Part shown: positions 59,068-64,000 of the stretch, piece by piece
How positions within the stretch are numbered: the first letter of the stretch is position 1
Layout: the number at the start of each line of letters is the position of its first letter
Sequence record: DRR378314_135
Strand: one strand, 5' to 3'
DNA: 64,000 bases
Translations under genes and position numbers: made by a program
Notes under the pieces: generated by a model
Told to the model about the DNA's origin: nothing
The model's database searches: none
The model's input: only the letters and a program-made list of their open reading frames with translations

Positions 59068-59179
59068 TGTGATTTCCTCCCTGCAAAGGCACCTGCAAAC
59101 CTGTCGCGAACCTTTTGGCGTAGACTAGGCAGCGCACTCGCGTTTGACATGGAGAAATCTGCAGACCATTACTGCAGAT

Positions 59180-60109
59180 ATGCAGAACAGCTTCGACTGG
59201 AATGACCTCAAGGTTTTTCTCACGCTACATCGCATGAAACGCATGACAGACGCAGGCAAGGTGCTTGGCGTCGATCAGACGACGATTGCCCGCCGTATCA
59301 AGGCACTGGAGGCATCGATCGGAACACATCTTTTTGTGCGCAGGGCGGACGGGTTTGAGCTGACGCAAGCCGGACACCGGATCCTGCCCTTCGCCCTTGA
59401 CATCGAACAATCGGGGGAACAGCTGCACGAAGAGGTTTCAGGCCAAAATAAGCGCCTGTCGGGCCGGGTCCGCGTCGGTGCGCCTGACGGCCTGGGTACC
59501 TTTTTTGTGCCCTCGATTCTCACTCATTTCCAACAGGATCACCCGGATGTCGACATCGAGGTCGTCGCCAGTTCGCGCGAGTTTCGCATTGCCGAACAGG
59601 AGGTGCATCTCGCGCTCTGCCTGTCATTGCCCGAAAGTGGCCGCCTGTTGGCCCGCAAGCTTGCTGACTATCACCTGTATTTCTTCGGGTCGGCAGAATA
59701 CATTGAGAAGCACGGCACACCTCAGGAACTGAGTGAGCTGCAGGGACACCGTCTCGTTGGCTATATCTCCGATATGCTATTCTCACCGGAGGTTCGTTTT
59801 CTGGAAGAACTCGGTTTGCGCGAAATGGTGCGCTTTGCCTCAAGCTCCATGGCAGCACAGCGCGAAGCCATTCGCTCCGGGGCGGGTCTCGGAATCCTGC
59901 CCCGGTTCATGTCCCTGAACGATCCGAGCCTCGTGCCCGTCCTAACCGAGCGCTATCTTCTCAAACGTACAGTTTGGATTGTGAGCCATCAAAGCACCGA
60001 AGATCTGGCCCGCGTCCGCTCGGTCTCCGAATACCTCCAGCGCTCCGCCAGATCTCGACGCGGCGATCTGTTGCTGCCGGACGATCTTGGGCAACCCGGG
60101 CCGAGGTGA
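59180..60109 (+). CDS. LysR-family transcriptional regulator
   Basis: DWNDLKVF, TTIARRIKALE...LF.R, LT.AG, substrate-binding domain; divergent from the TRAP operon. Confidence 0.93.
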   Translation: MQNSFDWNDLKVFLTLHRMKRMTDAGKVLGVDQTTIARRIKALEASIGTHLFVRRADGFELTQAGHRILPFALDIEQSGEQLHEEVSGQNKRLSGRVRVGAPDGLGTFFVPSILTHFQQDHPDVDIEVVASSREFRIAEQEVHLALCLSLPESGRLLARKLADYHLYFFGSAEYIEKHGTPQELSELQGHRLVGYISDMLFSPEVRFLEELGLREMVRFASSSMAAQREAIRSGAGLGILPRFMSLNDPSLVPVLTERYLLKRTVWIVSHQSTEDLARVRSVSEYLQRSARSRRGDLLLPDDLGQPGPR

Positions 60110-60157
60110 CCAGCTGCTGCAGCGTGTTGGCCGACTACAAGCCACGCTGATTGAAGC

Positions 60158-60262
60158 TTTGGTGGCGTCAAATCCAGCGGCTATGGGCGCGAAGGCGGCA
60201 CCGATGGATTGAAGAGCGACCTCACGACGCACAACGTTTGATCCAGCGCCGAAATCGCCTGA
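60158..60262 (+). pseudogene. Aldehyde dehydrogenase C-terminal remnant
   Basis: Manual translation FGGVKSSGYGREGGTDGLKSDLTTHNV*SSAEIA*; no start and no upstream domains. Confidence 0.7.
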
Positions 60263-60339
60263 ATGGCCTTTCCACACAGATGTCGATCTTGGATTTATCA
60301 TGCAGTACAATATGATAGATGGAAACATACGGGCAGTTT

Positions 60340-60701
60340 GAAGGAGACTATCGCCGACAGCGGCAACGCACGACCCGCCTGGCCCGCCTGGCCATCGGGT
60401 TGCCGTCGAGGGTGGTCATCACTGCACCTGCGTCCCCGGGTACGTTGAGCAGGATCGACGAGATCCTCCCACCATATTCCGCACCGTAGTATATACCGGC
60501 CAGCAGGATCAGCGCCGCCTCGGGCTGGAAACCCAAACCGTAGGCGATGGGCAGCAGGATCGCCACACCGTTGATGGGAGCAAGGCCCGGAAGTGAACCG
60601 ATCAGCGTGCCCACAAAGCAGCCGACCAGCACCAGCATGAGGTTGACCGGATCGAGGGCGACGGCAAAGCCTGTCGCGAGACCGGAAAACACCGCGTCCA
60701 T
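60340..60701 (-). pseudogene. tctA: Tripartite tricarboxylate transporter TctA, frameshifted and truncated
   Basis: GTLIGSLPGL, YYGAEYGGRISSILLNVPG...TTLDG.PMAR, then GQAGRALPLSAIVSF in another frame, then similarity is lost (about 120 of about 500 aa). Confidence 0.85.
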
Positions 60702-61123
60702 CAGTTGGCCTCCGTTTCAAAGCGTTCGAGCAGGGCTTCGATCAACGCGCCCTCCGGCGGGTTAAGATCCATCAGGCTCACGCACAGCAGCCAGCCGAGA
60801 ATACCGGCCGCAATGCCAAATGCCAGCGCACGCCAGCGCGGCGCACCCAGCATCCGCGCGAGGATGGTGTCGAAAATGGCGGTTGAGACAATGAAACCCA
60901 GTGGTTCGTAGAGGCGCCCGTAGGCGAGCAGCATGACAATTACGGCAGCTAGGTGGAACCATACCTTTTGGGTCAGCTCCAGGCTGTCGATGTCCGGCTT
61001 CCAAAGCACGCGCGCCAGACACAGGGTGGCGACAATGGACAGGATTTGGGGCCAGCTTTCGGGCCCGAGCGAGTCGTATTGGAACGGTGCCTGGATAACG
61101 GTGAACGCGATGATCGCGTATGC
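60701..61123 (-). pseudogene. tctB: TctB, 5'-truncated
   Basis: In-frame AYAIIAFTVIQAPFQYDSLGPESWPQILS...LGFIVST...LNPPEG; native start missing. Confidence 0.7.
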
Positions 61124-61260
61124 GCAGCAATGCGGAATGGGGCATTGGATGCACCGTATCCCTTGTAGCCACCGTTCCTCTGCACGATTTCTAAGAACAT
61201 GTCGCCCGCGTAGAGCCGGGAATAAACTGGAAGAAAGTGCTCGCCTTGATCGACGCCGTA
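61123..61260 (-). pseudogene. C-terminal remnant of an HPPD-like/QuiC1 (dehydroshikimate dehydratase fusion) gene
   Basis: FLPVYSRLYAGDMFLEIVQRNGGYKGYGASNAPFRIAA matches the FFEIV.R..GY.GYGA.NAP.R.AA terminus of that family. Confidence 0.65.
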
Positions 61261-61379
61261 CCCTGGCGTCACACCAGCGAAATCCGCGGCCCTACCAACC
61301 CGCCCGCCCTCGCATGTGTACAGCACAACAAAACAGCACGCCCCGGTGCGGGACACGCTGTCTGCCTTTTGAAGTCAAT

Positions 61380-61946
61380 TCAGAGCTGCACCCAGTCCTC
61401 TGGCGGCTTGCCCTTGCCGGGGTGAACCTCGCCGCATGACTGGCAGGTGCGTGCCTCGATGTTGGCGTGGAATGCCTCGTAGATCTTGGGCAGCGCCGAG
61501 ACGATGCCATCGGTACCTTCCAACGTGACCTCCTCACGGTGGACGAGCGCCTCGCAGTTGAAGCAGAACCATTCGAAGCCCTCGGTCATGCCAGGCTGGC
61601 GCGGCGCCTCGACGACGATACCGATGGACCCCTCCTGCGGACGCTGCGGCGCGTGGCGCACATGCGGCGGCAGCATGAACACCTCGCCCTCACGCACCGG
61701 CACATCATAGATTTTGCCGCCGTCGGCGATCTTGATCATCATGTCGCCCTTCTGCTGAAAGAACCATTCCTCCACCGGGTCGTCATGGAAATCGCAGCGG
61801 GTGTTGGGGCCGCCGACCACCATGACGATCATGCCGTCGCCGTCCTTGTGCAGCAGCTGGTTGCCAACCGGCGGCTTTAGCTTGTCGGCGTTCTCTGCCA
61901 GCCATTTCTGAAAGTTGAAGGGCTTCAGCTTGGGGTGATTGGACAT
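61380..61946 (-). CDS. nbaC: 3-hydroxyanthranilate 3,4-dioxygenase
   Basis: LKPPVGN, VGGPNTR.DFH...EEWF.Q..G, HAPQR, rubredoxin-like CxxC...CxxC. Confidence 0.95.
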   Translation of the reverse strand: MSNHPKLKPFNFQKWLAENADKLKPPVGNQLLHKDGDGMIVMVVGGPNTRCDFHDDPVEEWFFQQKGDMMIKIADGGKIYDVPVREGEVFMLPPHVRHAPQRPQEGSIGIVVEAPRQPGMTEGFEWFCFNCEALVHREEVTLEGTDGIVSALPKIYEAFHANIEARTCQSCGEVHPGKGKPPEDWVQL

Positions 61947-61991
61947 TTGTGACCTCCTTGGGACTGTAACTGTTGCCTTGCGTGCGGTGAG

Positions 61992-63422
61992 TCAGGTGAT
62001 GGACCGGGAATGCCAGACATTCTTGACTGACAGATAGCTGTCCAGGCCCTCGGCGCCGCCTTCGCGGCCCTGGCCGCTGGCCTTGACCCCACCAAAAGGG
62101 GTTTCCGGCAGCGAGGCCTCCAGCGTGTTGATCGACAGGTTGCCGACCTCGATCTCGTCAATCATCCGGTCGATGTAATCGGCGCGGTTGGTCATGCCAT
62201 AGCCTGCCAGCCCATAAGGCACCGCGTTGGCGGCAGCGATGGCCGCATCCAGGTCCACCACCGGGTTCAGCACCGCAATCGGGCCAAAGGGTTCTTCCTG
62301 CATGATCTGTGCCTCAGGCGGCACGTTGGCCAGCACCGTCGGCTGGAAGAAATAGCCGCGGTCCCCCAGCCGCGCGCCGCCGGTCAGCAACTCAGCACCC
62401 TTGGCGACAGCATCCTCCACCAGCGCCGTCAGCACCGGGATACGGCGTTCGTTGGCAGTCGGCCCCATCTCGACGCCCGGTTCCATACCGTTGCCCACAA
62501 CGGTGGCGGCGGCGCGTTTGGTGAAGCGGGTCTTGAATTCCTCAAAGATACTGTGATGCACAAAGAACCGTGTTGGCGAGGTGCAAACTTGGCCGGTGTT
62601 GCGCATCTTGCGGATAGCACCACTGAGCGCAGCCTTTTCCACATCCGCGTCCTCGCAGACGATGACCGGTGCGTGGCCGCCCAACTCCATCAGCGCGCGG
62701 GTGTCATGGCGCGCCGCCAGCGCCGTCAACTGGCGCCCTACTGCGGTGGAGCCAGTCAGCGCGACCAGCTTTACCGCCGGTTGCGGGATCAGGAATTCGG
62801 AGATCTCTGAGGGCACCCCGAACACCAGGTTCAGCACCCCGGCTGGCAGACCCGCATCCTCGAATGCGCGCACGATATGCACCGCGCCACCGGGCGTTTC
62901 CTCGGCCGCCTTCAGGATGATCGAACAGCCCGATGCTAGCGCCCCCGCGACCTTGCGCGCGGGTTGGCTCATCGGGAAGTTCCAGGGCGAGAACGCAGCC
63001 ACCACCCCGATGGGATGATGATGAACCGATAGCTTGGAGCCCGCTGCCGCCGGGATGACTCGGCCATAGGCGCGCATCGCCTCGCCCGCGTCCCATTCAA
63101 AGAACTCGGCACCACGGATCACTTCCAACCGGGCCTGCGCCAACGGCTTGCCATGCTCGGCAGTGATGGTCAGGGCGATCTCCTCTTGCCGATCGCGCAT
63201 CAGCGCGGCGGCGCGCAGGATGATATCGGCACGTTCCCGCGGCGCAGTCCGGCTCCAGATCGCCAGCCCTTTTTCGGCCGCCGCCAGTGCATCCCGCAGA
63301 TCCGCGCGCCCGGCGCAGGGCAGTTGCCCCAATTCTTCTTCGGTCGCCGGGTTGACGACAGCGATGCTGCGCTCCGCCTTGCGCCAATGGCCATCGATAA
63401 AGAGGTTGAGATCGGGATACAT
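61992..63422 (-). CDS. NAD(P)-dependent semialdehyde dehydrogenase (SSADH/KGSADH-like)
   Basis: FSPWNFP, LTGS, ELGGHAP, NTGQVC, EEPFGP; GGAGG RBS before MYPDL. Confidence 0.92.
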   Translation of the reverse strand: MYPDLNLFIDGHWRKAERSIAVVNPATEEELGQLPCAGRADLRDALAAAEKGLAIWSRTAPRERADIILRAAALMRDRQEEIALTITAEHGKPLAQARLEVIRGAEFFEWDAGEAMRAYGRVIPAAAGSKLSVHHHPIGVVAAFSPWNFPMSQPARKVAGALASGCSIILKAAEETPGGAVHIVRAFEDAGLPAGVLNLVFGVPSEISEFLIPQPAVKLVALTGSTAVGRQLTALAARHDTRALMELGGHAPVIVCEDADVEKAALSGAIRKMRNTGQVCTSPTRFFVHHSIFEEFKTRFTKRAAATVVGNGMEPGVEMGPTANERRIPVLTALVEDAVAKGAELLTGGARLGDRGYFFQPTVLANVPPEAQIMQEEPFGPIAVLNPVVDLDAAIAAANAVPYGLAGYGMTNRADYIDRMIDEIEVGNLSINTLEASLPETPFGGVKASGQGREGGAEGLDSYLSVKNVWHSRSIT

Positions 63423-63549
63423 ATGCCTGCGCCTCCTGCATTGAACGGCCCGATTAGGCGCAGGCCCGGCACACGCGTTCAACTGATATCCGGGAAAGCT
63501 GATATGCCGTTTGCTGATAGCAAGGCTGCAGACTCGCCGAAGAGATCCG

Positions 63550-64000
63550 CTAGGCCTGATCTTCTACCCGGTCAAAGAAGCGACGTGTAAAGCCCGCGTG
63601 TTCTTCCAGCAGACGCACCGCTTGCTCCTCGTCGCGTGCCAGAACCGCCTCCATCAGCTTGGTGTGGTGGGCAATGCCAAGGGCGGCGCGGCTATGGGCG
63701 ATCAACTCCGGGCTGCCCAGAAACTTGTCGCGGTTGTCCCCCGTGAACATGCTGAAAAAATGCCGGTCCAGATGGTTGGAAATCTGCGCGTAGAACAGGT
63801 TCAGCCACTGCGAGCGCGACGCCGCCAGCAGCGCCCTGTGAAAGCCCCGGTGACGGTCCGACCACACCCACAGCTCATCCAGATCACTGGTCTCCGCCGG
63901 TTCGGTCGCTTTGGCCAGCAGGTGGTGGCTGGACAGGATCGCCGCCTCCCAGGCGTCATCGCCATGCGCAATCGCCTCGCGCAGCAGCGCGGTTTCGATC
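63550..64000 (-). CDS. GntR-family regulator, FCD domain (5' part outside the window)
   Basis: IETALLREAIAHGDDAWEAAILSSHH, HRGFHRALL, H..LMEAVLARD...A..LLEEH. Confidence 0.85.
   Translation of the reverse strand, partial: IETALLREAIAHGDDAWEAAILSSHHLLAKATEPAETSDLDELWVWSDRHRGFHRALLAASRSQWLNLFYAQISNHLDRHFFSMFTGDNRDKFLGSPELIAHSRAALGIAHHTKLMEAVLARDEEQAVRLLEEHAGFTRRFFDRVEDQA

Noticed and set aside
59080-59190. Multiple CTGCA motifs as a short repeat array
   Set aside because: Irregular spacing; most likely LysR-type operator half-sites, and too short to call confidently.
1-64000. CRISPR arrays, rRNA, tRNA, prophage or anti-phage defence genes
   Set aside because: No regularly spaced repeats or recognisable RNA-gene, phage or defence signatures found by eye; a covariance-model scan would be needed to exclude small RNAs.

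Overview
GC-rich alphaproteobacterial DNA, most consistent with the Roseobacter group (Rhodobacteraceae), with the gene mix of an accessory or chromid-type region. From left to right it holds: (1) the edge of a sulfoquinovose monooxygenase (sulfo-SMO) cluster (smoC-like LLM monooxygenase, GntR, a Gfo/Idh/MocA protein that may be a GH188 NAD+-dependent sulfoquinovosidase), then glucokinase and a DUF1868 2H-phosphoesterase; (2) an IclR-linked pimFBCD-like beta-oxidation operon; (3) a large MCP, an aldehyde dehydrogenase, and a TRAP transporter with a DadA-like oxidoreductase; (4) a ~23 kb metal-acquisition block containing the heme system (tonB-exbDDB-hyp-hmuR / hmuSTUV), a CHASE hybrid kinase, a siderophore ABC transporter with TonB-dependent receptor and AraC, and a cobalamin-riboswitch-controlled cbtJKL-like ABC operon ending in a pseudoazurin; (5) an uncharacterised catabolic unit (tandem DUF296/PPC protein, acyl-CoA ligase, SCP2-type thiolase, IclR, TRAP, SDR); (6) an orphan three-gene module of DUF4123 adaptor, putative toxin and FGE-like putative immunity protein, with no vgrG or PAAR; (7) a TakP-like TRAP with LysR, a ~1.1 kb patch of fused gene remnants (ALDH, tctA, tctB, quiC1-like), and nbaC-ALDH-GntR. 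I saw no rRNA, tRNA, CRISPR array, transposase or integrase. All family assignments come from motif recognition by eye, not database searches.
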